The translations under genes and the position numbers were made by a program. The notes under the pieces were generated by a model, which ran no database searches, had not been told where the DNA came from, and saw nothing but the letters and a program-made list of their open reading frames with translations. Positions 49,949-63,148 of a DNA stretch of 64,000 nt are shown one piece after another. Numbering within the stretch: position 1 is the first letter of the stretch; each line of letters opens with the position of its first letter. The DNA is taken from assembly GCA_963805945.1 (NCBI GenBank), contig CAWDVP010000006.1, positions 448,001 through 512,000 on the forward strand, read 5' to 3'. Source of the stretch: Vulcanimicrobiota bacterium (GTDB taxonomy: Bacteria; Vulcanimicrobiota; Vulcanimicrobiia; Eremiobacterales; Eremiobacteraceae).

Positions 49949-51332
49949 CTATGAGCGGAACGCAACGTCGATAAGAACCTTCGCCCGGCCGATGCAATCC
50001 GCGACGCTGGGGCCGTGGAGGTAGTTTCCAAGCAGAAAGAGTCCCGGGACCCGGGCAGTCGCCGCTTCTATACGCCTGACGCGCTCTTCGTGGCCGAGCG
50101 TGTATTGCGGAATCGCTCCCACCCAGCGGAAACCGGCTACGACTTTCGGCCGCGCGTCTATCTGCATGACCTTGGCGAGGTCAGCGTGAGCGATGTGTGC
50201 GAGCTCTTGATCCGTGCAGCTGCCCGATATCAGGATCGGTGGCGCCGCCGAGAAACGCGGTCAACAAGACCTCGTCGTCGGGGCAGCGGCCGCGGAAGAG
50301 CGTTGAGTTCCAGACCGCTCCTAAGATGCGGACACCTTCACCGCGGCACGCCAAGAAACCGAAACCGTCGAGCGGCACACCGGCGTTCGCGCGTGGAAAC
50401 GCGAGGACGACCTGTGCGATCGGCGGATGCTCGATCGCGCGCAGTTCGCGGACCGCTTCCGGCTCGAGCGGTGCGAGCAGATCCGCTGCCGCACCGGCAG
50501 GCGTCGCGACGATCACCCGCGTCGCCTCGATGACGCGTTCGGGAAGGCCGTCGCATTCCAGCGCGAAGCCTGCACCGCGCTGGCTCAGCCGCTTGACGCG
50601 GGCGCTCGGGTAGATGCTTCCCTGCAGGCTCTCCAAGAGCGCGTCGACCAAGGTCGCGTTGCCGCCGTCGAAGCCGGCCGGCGCGCTTCGCGCTGATGGA
50701 GCGGTCGAATTTATTCGACCGCGCGCAATGAATCGCTCGACGATGAACCCGCGTAGCACGCCTCGATGCTCTTGCTCCAGCCGGGTCAGGGCCGGCATCG
50801 TGCTGCGCGCCGATAACTTTGCCGGATCGCCCGCGTAGATCCCGGATATCACCGGTCCGACGACCGCGTCGACGAGCTCAGGCCCGCCTCGGCGCGTGAC
50901 GAAGGAAGCGATCGACTCATCGGCGTCGTCAGCCCGCCCAGGGATCCACGGTTCGGCGAGAAGGCGCCACTTGGCGCCCGACGACAGCAATGGAGTGGCC
51001 AGGAATCCTGCGGGCGACGTGGGCACCGGGATCAAGCGTCCGTGCCGGAAGATATAACGCTTTTTCGCGGTCCCGTCGGCGCGTTGGAAGCGGTCGTCGA
51101 GCCCGAGTTCGTGTACGAGCTCGACGACCGCAGGCGTCGCGACGATGCTCTGCGGACCCATGTCCGCAACGTACGGTCCGGTGCGGACCGACCCGGCGCA
51201 ACCGCCGAAAATGGGCGACGCCTCGAGCAGCACGACCCGACGGCCCGCCTGCTTGAGATGGTGCGCGGCGACAAGACCGGAAAAGCCGCCGCCGATCACC
51301 GCGACGTCGATGGATTCAAACGCGCCGCTCAT
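49949..51332 (-). CDS. hemG: Protoporphyrinogen oxidase (HemY-type), apparent frameshift near 50215
   Basis: GGGFSGL, GIYAGDP..LS, LDGFGFL, WNSTLF, AIPQYTLGH, GNYLHG..V.DC. Confidence 0.92.
50696..50722 (+). repeat. Hairpin repeat inside the hemG coding sequence
   Basis: ATGGA-GCGGTCGAA-TTTA-TTCGACCGC; 25/26 identical to the reverse complement of intergenic 57524-57549. Confidence 0.85.
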
Positions 51333-52312
51333 GCGAGCGCACGCTCGGCTTGGTCGGCCAGGCAGCGGACGAACGCGGGATGGCACTTCACGGTGCAGAC
51401 GCGCAAGAATTCGGTGACGCCCGCGCGCCGCGCGACTCCAGCATACAAGATATCGATCTCGTTGAGCGTTTCGACGTGCTCGCTGACGAACGCGACCGGT
51501 ACGACGCACATCGCGCGCGCGCCCTTGGCCGCTATGTCCGCGATGAGTCGCTCGGACGCCGGCTGGAGCCATTTCTCCGGGCCGAGGCGGCTTTGGAACG
51601 ACAGATGGACCGGCCCCGGATGGCCGAGCCGCGCGCTAGCGGCCGCCACGGTCTTCTTCACCTGTTCGAGGTACGGATCGCCGCGCTCGATGTAGCGCTG
51701 CGGCAGGCCATGCGCCGAGAAGATGAGATGCACCTGGTCTGCCGGCGCCTTGAAGTCGCGCAGGCAGCGCCGAGTCACATCGACGAGCGCTTCGATGTAA
51801 CGCGGGTCTTCGCAATACTCCTCGACGACCCGCAGGTCGGGCCGGTAGTCTAGTTCGCCCATGACCCGCTTCAGCTCGTTGAGGCTCGAGCGCGTGGTGG
51901 AATACGAGTATTGCGGATACAGCGGCACGACGGCGAGCTGGGTGACGCCGTCAGCACGCGCCGCGCGCAGCGCGTCGGCGGAGTACGGGCGCCAATTGCG
52001 CATCGCGATGTAGACGGGCATCGCGCGGCCGCGCCTGCGCAGTTCGTCTCGCAGCGCTTGTGCCTGCGCTTCGCTCTGCGCGCGCAGCGGCGAGCCGCCG
52101 CCGATCGACGCATACAGGCGCCGCGAGTATGGCGCCCTCAGCGTGGAGATGAGCCACGCGGTCGGCTTGACGAGCGGTGCGGGCACCGGGATGTTGTCGG
52201 GCGCGAGATCGATGAAGAAATTGTAGAGAAAGGGCCGCACGTCGTCGAGCGTCTCCGGTCCGCCGAGCTGCGTGAGCACCACGCCGGAGCGTGGCGGCTT
52301 AGGCGACCGCAT
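51329..52312 (-). CDS. hemH: Ferrochelatase
   Basis: LGGP, IGGGSPL, PLYPQYS, FSAHGLP, GDPY, FQSRLGP..WL.P, FVSEHVETL.EID. Confidence 0.96.
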   Translation of the reverse strand: MRSPKPPRSGVVLTQLGGPETLDDVRPFLYNFFIDLAPDNIPVPAPLVKPTAWLISTLRAPYSRRLYASIGGGSPLRAQSEAQAQALRDELRRRGRAMPVYIAMRNWRPYSADALRAARADGVTQLAVVPLYPQYSYSTTRSSLNELKRVMGELDYRPDLRVVEEYCEDPRYIEALVDVTRRCLRDFKAPADQVHLIFSAHGLPQRYIERGDPYLEQVKKTVAAASARLGHPGPVHLSFQSRLGPEKWLQPASERLIADIAAKGARAMCVVPVAFVSEHVETLNEIDILYAGVARRAGVTEFLRVCTVKCHPAFVRCLADQAERALA

Positions 52313-53331
52313 GGGCGGCGGCTCTCGGTGCATCGATGAAGGCGGCCGCGCACTGGATCGGGGTCGGCGGCAAGATGCCGTGACCGAGATTGAGGATGTG
52401 CCCGACCTTCCCGGCCGCCTCTAATGCGGCGAAGGCGGCTTCGGTCACGCGCGCCGGCGTGCTGAGCAGCACGGTCGGGTCGACGTTGCCTTGCAGCGCG
52501 ATGTTGCTGCCGATGCGGGCCCGCGCTGCGCTCAGGTCCATCCGCCAATCCACGCTGAGCACGTCTGCGCCCGAGCGCGCCATCAGCTCGATGACCCCGC
52601 GCAGCCGTTTACGTAGAGGATGGCGGGCACACCGGCGGCATGGATGCGCTCGATGACCTGCGTCTGATAGGGCAGGGCGAATTCCGCAAAAGCGCGCGGC
52701 TCGAGCTCGCCCGCCCAGGTGTCGAACACCTGGACGACCTGCGCGCCGGCCGCGGCCTGGGCGGCGGCGTACGCTCCTACCGTGTTGGCGAGTTTGGCCA
52801 ACAGAGCATGCAGCACGAGCGGCTGCGAATACATCAGGGCCTTGGTCGCGGCGAAGTTCTTCGAACCTCCGCCTTCTATTATATAGGAGGCCAGCGTGAA
52901 AGGCGCGCCGGTGAAGCCGACGAGCGCGGCGCTGCCGTTGAGCGCCCTGGCGGTGAGACGGATCGTCTCCATGACGAAGGGCATCGCGCTCTCGGGATCC
53001 GGCACCCGCAAAGCGTTGATATCTGACGTGCTGCTGACGGTGCGCTCGAGCTGCGGTCCGGCGTCCCCGAAGGACACCGGCACGCCCATCGCCTCGACCG
53101 GGATCATGATATCCGAGAAGATGATGCAGGCGTCGGGTCCGAAGCGCTCGATGGGCTGCAGCGACACCTGCGCGGCGAGCTCCGGCGTCTTGCAAAGGGT
53201 GAGGAAGTCGACCTTCTCGCGGATGGCGCGGTATTCGGGCAGATAGCGCCCCGCCTGGCGCATCATCCACACCGGGGCGCGGTCGACCGGCTGGCGCTTG
53301 CACGCCGCGAGGAAGCGCTGGCGCGAATCCA

Positions 53332-53332
<1 letters not shown>
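52299..53332 (-). CDS. hemE: Uroporphyrinogen decarboxylase, apparent frameshift near 52598
   Basis: PVWMMRQAGRYLPEY, IIFSDI, GAPFTLASY, QGNVDP, NLGHGI. Confidence 0.95.
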
Positions 53333-56630
<3,298 letters not shown>

Positions 56631-56638
56631 TCACACCG

Positions 56639-57499
56639 ATGCCGGGTCGATCGCTAGAGGGGCGGACGCTCGCCGCCCAGATCCGCGAGCATGTCAGCGA
56701 GCGCGCGCACGCGTTGCGCGCGCGGGGCGTCACGCCACGTTGCGAGATCTTCATCGGTGAAGGCGATCCCGAAGGCGCGTACTACGGCGATAGTCTGCGC
56801 AAGGTCGGCGACAAGGTCGGCGTGGCGATACACGTCAGCGTCGTCCCCATGAGCGAGGGCACCGGCGGTTTCGTCGGTGCGGTCGAGCGCGCGGCGCGCG
56901 ACGACGCCGTGCACGGCGTCCTGGTGCAGCGGCCCTTGCCGAAACCGTTCGATCTCGGCGCGGTGAGCCGCGTTATCCCGGTGGACAAAGACGTCGACGG
57001 CGCGAGTCCGCTCTCGTTAGGCCTGCTCGCGCAAGGCACGCCGCATTTCGTGCCCGCGACCGCGGCTGCTGTCGTCGAAGTGCTGCGCCAACCCGGACTG
57101 CCGGCGCTCGAGGGTGCGCATGTAGTCATGCTAGGCCGCTCGGCGGTGGTCGGAAAACCGGTGGCGGCGCTGCTCACGGCCGCTGACGCCACGGTGACGC
57201 TGTGCCATTCGCGCACGCGCGATCTCGCCGCGCTGTGCCGCGGCGCGGATATCGTCGTCGCGGCGATCGGCAAGCCGCGCTTCGTCGGCGCGGCGATGAT
57301 CAAGCCCGGCGCGACGGTGATCGACGTCGGCACGAATCTCGTCGACGACAAGGTCGTCGGCGACGTCGACATGGATGCGGTCATCCAGGTCGCCGGCGCG
57401 GTGTCGCCGGTACCCGGCGGGGTAGGCGTCGTCACGACGTCGCTGCTGCTGCGCCACGTCGTCACCGCGGCTGAGGACGCCAACCCAGCGCAACGCTAG
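56639..57499 (+). CDS. folD: Methylenetetrahydrofolate dehydrogenase (FolD family)
   Basis: HGVLVQRPLP, KDVDG, GRS.VVGKP, TLCHSRT, VIDVG, GDVD, PVPGGVG. Confidence 0.93.
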   Translation: MPGRSLEGRTLAAQIREHVSERAHALRARGVTPRCEIFIGEGDPEGAYYGDSLRKVGDKVGVAIHVSVVPMSEGTGGFVGAVERAARDDAVHGVLVQRPLPKPFDLGAVSRVIPVDKDVDGASPLSLGLLAQGTPHFVPATAAAVVEVLRQPGLPALEGAHVVMLGRSAVVGKPVAALLTAADATVTLCHSRTRDLAALCRGADIVVAAIGKPRFVGAAMIKPGATVIDVGTNLVDDKVVGDVDMDAVIQVAGAVSPVPGGVGVVTTSLLLRHVVTAAEDANPAQR

Positions 57500-57565
57500 T
57501 AGCCGAGCTGCGCTCGGGCACTACGGTCGAATAGATTCGACCGCTCCATTCGCTCGGGCGCTACG
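57499..57565. repeat. Composite palindromic element between convergent folD and PHP genes
   Basis: Hairpin CCGAGC-TGC-GCTCGG; direct repeats CGCTCGGGCRCTACG at 57511 and 57551; central hairpin CGGTCGAA-TAGA-TTCGACCG-CTCCAT. Confidence 0.75.
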
Positions 57566-58370
57566 ACACGAGCCTCAAGAAGCCGTCGATGTCTGCCGGC
57601 GCCACGTCCATGCCGGGCCGCGGCCGCGCTGCGGTCGGACCGTGGAAATCCGATCCGGCGGTCATGACCAGCCTGAGACGGCGAGCGACATCCTTATAAT
57701 GCGCGGTCTCATGCGGGTCATGCGCGCCGTAGAACACCTCGAGGCCTTGCAGACCGCTGCGCACCAGCTCCGGCAGCAGTTCGAAAGCGTTGTTACGCGA
57801 CGGATGCGCGAGCACCGCGATCGCGCCGCTGTCGCGGATCGCCTGGATCGCCTGCGCGGGCGACGGTGAGACCGGCGGCACGAAGGCGCACGCGCCTGGA
57901 GCGAGATAGCGATCGAACGCATCGTTGATATCGCGCGCATCCCCGCGCGCGACCATCGCTCGCGCGATATGCCGACGGCCGACGATGCTGCCGGCCGTCT
58001 GTCCGCGTATCTCATCAGCTGTGAGCGTGACACCGGCGCTGCGGAGCCCCTCCACTATGCGCTCGACGCGTTCGCGCCGCAAGCGTCCCCGGTCGCGCAG
58101 CAGTTCGGTCAGCGGCGATGGCCCGCGCGCCACTCCGTAGGCGAGCAGATGGACGTCGCGCTCGCCCGCACGCGTGCTCACCTCGACGCCGCGGAGCAAT
58201 CGCGCCGCGAGCGGCACGAACGCCGCCGCGTGGCGCTCGTATGCCGCAAGCGTGTCGTGATCGGTGATCGAGACGCGATCGAGCCCGGTGTGCCGCAGCA
58301 TCAGCGCGAGCGCTTCCGGCGCGAGATCGCCGTCCGACTCGTCCGTGTGGAGGTGGAAGTCCACGAGCAT
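57561..58370 (-). CDS. PHP domain protein (TrpH/YciV-like)
   Basis: DFHLHT..SDG, ITDHDT, GVEVS, HLLAY, LAHP, GSDFHG. Confidence 0.92.
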   Translation of the reverse strand: MLVDFHLHTDESDGDLAPEALALMLRHTGLDRVSITDHDTLAAYERHAAAFVPLAARLLRGVEVSTRAGERDVHLLAYGVARGPSPLTELLRDRGRLRRERVERIVEGLRSAGVTLTADEIRGQTAGSIVGRRHIARAMVARGDARDINDAFDRYLAPGACAFVPPVSPSPAQAIQAIRDSGAIAVLAHPSRNNAFELLPELVRSGLQGLEVFYGAHDPHETAHYKDVARRLRLVMTAGSDFHGPTAARPRPGMDVAPADIDGFLRLVS

Positions 58371-58429
58371 GCGCCACTCTTAGGGCGCGCCAAGGGTTTC
58401 CCCGCCTCCGCCGCATAAGGTCCGGGACG

Positions 58430-59002
58430 TTGAGCACCCGCAGTGCGCAGGCAGGTCCACCGTCGCCCGAGCAGATCGCCTTCGTTGAAGCAGCGATGGC
58501 TCAATACGGGCGGCAGACGTATAACTACGCCTATCGCTTGACAGGCAATGAGGCGGATGCGCGCGACCTCGTGCAAGACGCCTACATCCGCGTGTTCCGC
58601 GCGTGGCAATCCTTCCGGCCGGGCACATCGTTTCTCGCCTGGATCTACCGCATCGTCACCAACCTGCACCGCGACGAGCTGCGCCGGCGCAAGGGTATGT
58701 TCGCCGCGCCGCTGCCCGAGGACAACCAACCGCAAGAGCAGGCTCCGGGGCTGCATCACGACCCGATCGCCGCGATGCACGAGCAGCAGCTCAGTAGTGG
58801 CATGGACCGCGCGCTGCGGCGGCTGACGCCGGAACAGCGCTCGGTCATCCTGCTGGCAGACGTCGAGGACTACTCCTATCAGAACATCGCCGACATCATC
58901 GGCTGCTCGATCGGCACCGTCCGCTCGCGGCTCCACAGGGCGCGCGCGCAATTGCGAAGGCTGCTCGAACGCGAACCGGCTCAGCCGGGCGGCGACACAT
59001 GA
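58430..59002 (+). CDS. ECF sigma-70 factor
   Basis: AYRLTGNEADARDLVQDAY, SFLAWIYRI, SYQNIA..IG..IGTVRSRLHRAR. Confidence 0.93.
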   Translation: MSTRSAQAGPPSPEQIAFVEAAMAQYGRQTYNYAYRLTGNEADARDLVQDAYIRVFRAWQSFRPGTSFLAWIYRIVTNLHRDELRRRKGMFAAPLPEDNQPQEQAPGLHHDPIAAMHEQQLSSGMDRALRRLTPEQRSVILLADVEDYSYQNIADIIGCSIGTVRSRLHRARAQLRRLLEREPAQPGGDT

Positions 59003-59045
59003 ACGGCCCGCATCGCGGTACAAATGCAAGCCGCTTGCTCGCCCC

Positions 59046-59073
59046 CGCAACTCTTGCAGCGTCCCTTGCGTTA
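59046..59073 (+). promoter_or_regulatory. Putative ECF sigma promoter CGCAAC-N16-GCGTTA upstream of the anti-sigma gene
   Basis: Fits the general ECF AAC...CGT pattern; second exact copy at 14427-14454; followed by a GGAGGAGG RBS. Confidence 0.6.
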
Positions 59074-59099
59074 ACTAGGGAGGAGGAGACTGCCCTTTC

Positions 59100-59582
59100 A
59101 TGACCTGCCACGATTGCCGCCCATTGATCCAAGACTACGCGCATGGTGAACTCGATGCGGCGCAGGATGCGCTCGTCTTCGAGCACATCACCTCATGCGC
59201 CGACTGTCGGGCCGCCTGGCGGGCGGAAGTCGACCTCACCGAGTCGATCCGCTACGCATATTCAGACGAACTCGAGCTTCCGATGTCGGTGGTCGCAGGG
59301 GTGCGCCAAGCGATGCGCTCGGAGCGCGCGCCGACCTTCCTCGACTCCGTGCGCGCCGCGCTGCGGCCGGCGGTCGTCGCCCCCGCGGCAGCGGCAGTGC
59401 TGATCGTCGTGGGCGTATTGCGCTTCGCTCCGTTCCACCAGCCGTCGCCGGAACTGTCGTCGTCCTACTTCGTGCGCCAGCACGTGGCGCAGACGCTCGG
59501 CTCGCCGTCGAGCGAACGGACGTGGGCGGCGTATCTGCTCACATCGGAAAACGCGAAGAGCGCCGACACCAGTGCGCCGTAA
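59100..59582 (+). CDS. Zinc-binding (zf-HC2) membrane anti-sigma factor
   Basis: MTC...HITSCADC (HxxxCxxC), one TM helix, short external tail. Confidence 0.88.
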   Translation: MTCHDCRPLIQDYAHGELDAAQDALVFEHITSCADCRAAWRAEVDLTESIRYAYSDELELPMSVVAGVRQAMRSERAPTFLDSVRAALRPAVVAPAAAAVLIVVGVLRFAPFHQPSPELSSSYFVRQHVAQTLGSPSSERTWAAYLLTSENAKSADTSAP

Positions 59583-60618
59583 CGCGCCTCTTCTTCTCTT
59601 CTTCATCGCGTGCGTGGCCGTCGTCGCGCTGATCGCTCCTCCGCCTGCCGCGCGCGCCGCTCTCAATGGATATGCGCTGCTCAAGGCGGCCGTGTCCGCC
59701 GACGATCACGTGTCGTTCTACGGCACGATCACGTCGCTCGTGTACGGGCGCGACACCGCTGCTGCCGCTGCCACCGTCGTGCGGGTCGAGCACCGCGCGC
59801 CCAACGAATGGCGGTTGTGGTATGTCGCACCAGCCGATGCCTATGGCCGGCTTGTCCTGTCCAACGAGTCCGTCGCCTATCAATACGAGCCAAAGACGGG
59901 CAAGGTCTACAGCAACGACTGGATCTCGCTCTCGCCGCTCGTGACGCCGCTCGACATCGACCGTATCCGCCACAACTACTCGGTGCAGTCGTCGGACCAC
60001 GCGAGCGTCGCCGGCCGCCAGGCGCGGACGCTGTCGCTTATCTCCACGTTTTCACATACGCTCGTCCTGCGCATGTGGGTCGACGCGGCGACCAATCTCG
60101 TGCTGCGGCGTGAGACCTACCATGCGGACGGCACGCTCGCGACCCGAACGTCCTTCGACAACATCCGCTACGTCAAAGACCTGCCCAACGATCTGTTCAA
60201 GATGAGCGTTCCCGCCGGCATGACGCTCGTGCCGGGCGCCGAGTATGGCAAGTCGACCTCGGATTTCGCAGCGCTGGTGGGCGGCATCACCTTCAAAGCG
60301 CTCGAGCCGAAGGAACTGCCCGACGGTTTCGCTTTCGAGCACGGCTCGACGAGCATGCGCGGCGGCGTGCAGAGCGTCCAGTTCGTCTACTCGGATGGGC
60401 TGCGCAGCATCTCGCTGTTCCAGAACCCCAGCGGACATCTGCCCGTGTTCGACGGCCCGCCGCCCAAGAGCCTCATGGTCGGCAAGCAGAACGGCGAATA
60501 CACCCAGGCGTCAGGTGAGTCTTTGCTGTCGTGGAACTTAGGCGGCGTGAACCTCACCATGGTCGGCGACATCGCGCCGAAAGAGCTCGCGCGCATCGGC
60601 GCGTCGCTCTCCCCTTAG
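59572..60618 (+). CDS. MucB/RseB-like periplasmic sigma-E regulator
   Basis: Signal peptide, VAGR, WVDAATNLVLR, LPDGF, YSDGLRSISLF, TMVGD. Confidence 0.8.
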   Translation: MRRNAPLLLFFIACVAVVALIAPPPAARAALNGYALLKAAVSADDHVSFYGTITSLVYGRDTAAAAATVVRVEHRAPNEWRLWYVAPADAYGRLVLSNESVAYQYEPKTGKVYSNDWISLSPLVTPLDIDRIRHNYSVQSSDHASVAGRQARTLSLISTFSHTLVLRMWVDAATNLVLRRETYHADGTLATRTSFDNIRYVKDLPNDLFKMSVPAGMTLVPGAEYGKSTSDFAALVGGITFKALEPKELPDGFAFEHGSTSMRGGVQSVQFVYSDGLRSISLFQNPSGHLPVFDGPPPKSLMVGKQNGEYTQASGESLLSWNLGGVNLTMVGDIAPKELARIGASLSP

Positions 60619-61643
60619 AGCCAGCGCAGCACCTCGTCGGACATCTCCCGTAGCCGCTGGTCGTGCGGCGCGCTCGACGTCGGCACGTGCACGCGCGACT
60701 CGTCGACGCCGAACGATCTGGCGAGCACGGCGCCGCTCGCGCGCAGGTTGTCCAATGCGTAGCCGCCTTCCAACACGAACGCGAGGGACGCGTTGTGTTC
60801 GGCCGCCGTTTCGCCTAGCAGCCCGCACAAGGCGTCGACCGCCTCGATGGTGACAGGCAGGCCCGCGATCGGATCCCCTTCGAGGAAATCAAAACCTGCC
60901 GAGACGACGATGGTGGTGGGCCGCAGCGCCTTGGCGAGCGGCGGCAGCAGCCTGGACCAGATGGCGACGAAGTCGTCCGTCGCCGTGTCCAGCGGCAGCG
61001 GGATGTCGACGACGAAATTCTCTTTGGAGTAGCGCGACTCGCGGAACGCGCCGGTGCCGGGATAGGCCGGATACGCATGGCTCGAGATGAAGCCGAGCGG
61101 CGCGCCGTGCACCGCCGGCGCCTTTTCCACCCATGCCTGCGTGCCGTTGCCATGGTGGTAATCGAAATCCACGATGAGCGTCGCGCCGCGCTCATGCCGC
61201 GCGGTCTGCGCGGCGATCGCGACGTTGTTGAGCAGACAGAACCCCATGCCGCGCGCTGGCTCCGCATGATGTCCGGGCGGCCGGACGACCGCGAGGGTCG
61301 GGCGGTCGACGTCTGCGCGGCGCACCGCCTCGACCGCGGCGCCCGCGGCGAGCAACGCGATGCGATAGGATTCGTGGCCCGCCGTCGTGTCGCCGGTCGG
61401 GAGCTCCGCGACCGCCGTGTCAGGCACCGCTTCGCAGAAGCGCTCGATCAGCGCCATGTAGCTCAGATCGTGGACCTCGCCGAGGATCTTCGCGTCGACG
61501 ACCGAGGGCGCGAGGAATGTGTCGGCCGCGCTGCCGCCCTGCTTGAGCCCCTCGATGATCGCGCCGAGCCGCGCCGCGCGTTCGGGATGGCCCTCACCCG
61601 TGGGGTGGAGCATGAAGCGCGGATCGTAGATGACTTGTAGGAT
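60615..61643 (-). CDS. Histone deacetylase family (acetoin utilisation / polyamine deacetylase-like)
   Basis: HPER..RL, RPPGHHA, GFC, DFDYHHGNGTQ, YPGTG, SAGFD, LEGGY. First ATG is 61613, but similarity seems to extend to ILQVIYDPRF. Confidence 0.92.
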   Translation of the reverse strand: MLQVIYDPRFMLHPTGEGHPERAARLGAIIEGLKQGGSAADTFLAPSVVDAKILGEVHDLSYMALIERFCEAVPDTAVAELPTGDTTAGHESYRIALLAAGAAVEAVRRADVDRPTLAVVRPPGHHAEPARGMGFCLLNNVAIAAQTARHERGATLIVDFDYHHGNGTQAWVEKAPAVHGAPLGFISSHAYPAYPGTGAFRESRYSKENFVVDIPLPLDTATDDFVAIWSRLLPPLAKALRPTTIVVSAGFDFLEGDPIAGLPVTIEAVDALCGLLGETAAEHNASLAFVLEGGYALDNLRASGAVLARSFGVDESRVHVPTSSAPHDQRLREMSDEVLRWL

Positions 61644-61654
61644 TGTGTCTTCTT

Positions 61655-63124
61655 CTACTGGCTCATCTGCTTGATGTAGGCTCGCGCCTTGTCCGCCGCT
61701 TCGCCGTTGGGGACGATCGCGAGGAAATTCTTATACGCGGCTACGGCGTTCTTCTTCGCGCCGAGCTGGCGCTCGGTCTCGCCCAGGATGTACCACAGCG
61801 TCGGGTCGGGATGCTTGGGGTCCTGATGCGTCGCCAATGCCTCGAAGACGTCGCGCGCCGAAACGTAATCCTTGAGGTTGTAGTATGCCAGGCCAAGGTT
61901 GAAAAGCGGCACGTAGGCGTGCGTGATCTCAAACGCTTTGCGGTATTCGTCGCGCGCCATCAGCCATTTGCCCTGCATGGCGTAGCCCTGGCCGATCGAC
62001 AGCAGGGCGTCTGGGTTGCTCGGATCTTTGGCCAGGACCTTATTGAAGAGATCGATCGCCTTGGCCGGATCTTTTGCCTCGAGCTCCATCTTGCCGTATT
62101 CGAACGTCGTCCGCAGGTCGTCCGGGGCGAGCGCGATGGCGGCATCATACTCCTGCGCGGCCTGGGCGTAGCGCTTCTCTGAGCGGTCGTACTCGGCTTG
62201 CAGGATCCACGGCTCGGTCGCCTTCGGATGGTCCTTGATCGCCAGCGCGAACTGCGTGCGCGCGGCATCGATCATCTTCTTGCTGAGGTAGAGCTCGGCG
62301 ATGTCGTCTTCCGGCTCGACGTTCGTCGGCTGCAGCACCACGATCTGCTGCAGCAGCGCCACCGCGCCGCCGATATCGCCCTTGACCGAGAGCGCCTCGG
62401 CTTTGGCGCGCAGCGCGTCGGGATTCTTGGGGTCCGCCTTGAGCAATATGTCGAACTGCGCGATCGCCAGGTCCGGATTTGGATTCTTGTCGCCGAGATA
62501 CGAGCGGCCGAGCAGCATGCGCGTGCGCGGATCGTTCGGATCGATGGAAAGCGCCTTGTTGAGATTCGCGCGGCCCTGCTCGAACTGGCTTTTGTCGAGC
62601 TCGACCGTGGCGAGCCCCAGGTAGCCGAATGCGTCCTGCGGGTGCAGCGCGATTGAGCGATTGGCTATCTTCAGCGCGTCGTCGAGCCGGTTCACGCCGA
62701 GATATGCGTCGATCAGGGTGGTGAGCACGGCCGGGTTGCCGGGGTCGATGATCTCCGCCTTCTCGAGGGCGATCACGGCGTCTGCGTCATCGCCTAGTTC
62801 GCGGTCTGCGACCCCGATGAAGAACCAGACCTGCGCGTCGTTGACGCCGAGCCGCGCCGCGTTCTCCAGTTGATCGCGGCCTTCGCGCGGCTTGCCGTTT
62901 TGGATGAGCAGCACGCCCAGCTCTTCGATCGAGACGGTGTCGTTGGGGTTGTCTTTGACGGTCTGTTCGAGCGTCGCGATGCGCTCGAGCGGGTTCTCGG
63001 TCGGCGATGCAGACGGCGTAGGACTTGCCGGTGCGGGTTTTCCCTTCCCCAGCGCGGCCGGCGTCTGCGCGAACGCGACGACCAGGCAGGCGAGAATTCC
63101 GAGGGCGATCAGAAAACGAGGCAA
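61655..63124 (-). CDS. Secreted tetratricopeptide-repeat protein
   Basis: Signal peptide and many 34-aa A..A...DP-type repeats. Confidence 0.88.
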   Translation of the reverse strand: MPRFLIALGILACLVVAFAQTPAALGKGKPAPASPTPSASPTENPLERIATLEQTVKDNPNDTVSIEELGVLLIQNGKPREGRDQLENAARLGVNDAQVWFFIGVADRELGDDADAVIALEKAEIIDPGNPAVLTTLIDAYLGVNRLDDALKIANRSIALHPQDAFGYLGLATVELDKSQFEQGRANLNKALSIDPNDPRTRMLLGRSYLGDKNPNPDLAIAQFDILLKADPKNPDALRAKAEALSVKGDIGGAVALLQQIVVLQPTNVEPEDDIAELYLSKKMIDAARTQFALAIKDHPKATEPWILQAEYDRSEKRYAQAAQEYDAAIALAPDDLRTTFEYGKMELEAKDPAKAIDLFNKVLAKDPSNPDALLSIGQGYAMQGKWLMARDEYRKAFEITHAYVPLFNLGLAYYNLKDYVSARDVFEALATHQDPKHPDPTLWYILGETERQLGAKKNAVAAYKNFLAIVPNGEAADKARAYIKQMSQ

Positions 63125-63148
63125 TGAGTGCTCCTAACGGTGAGGCCG

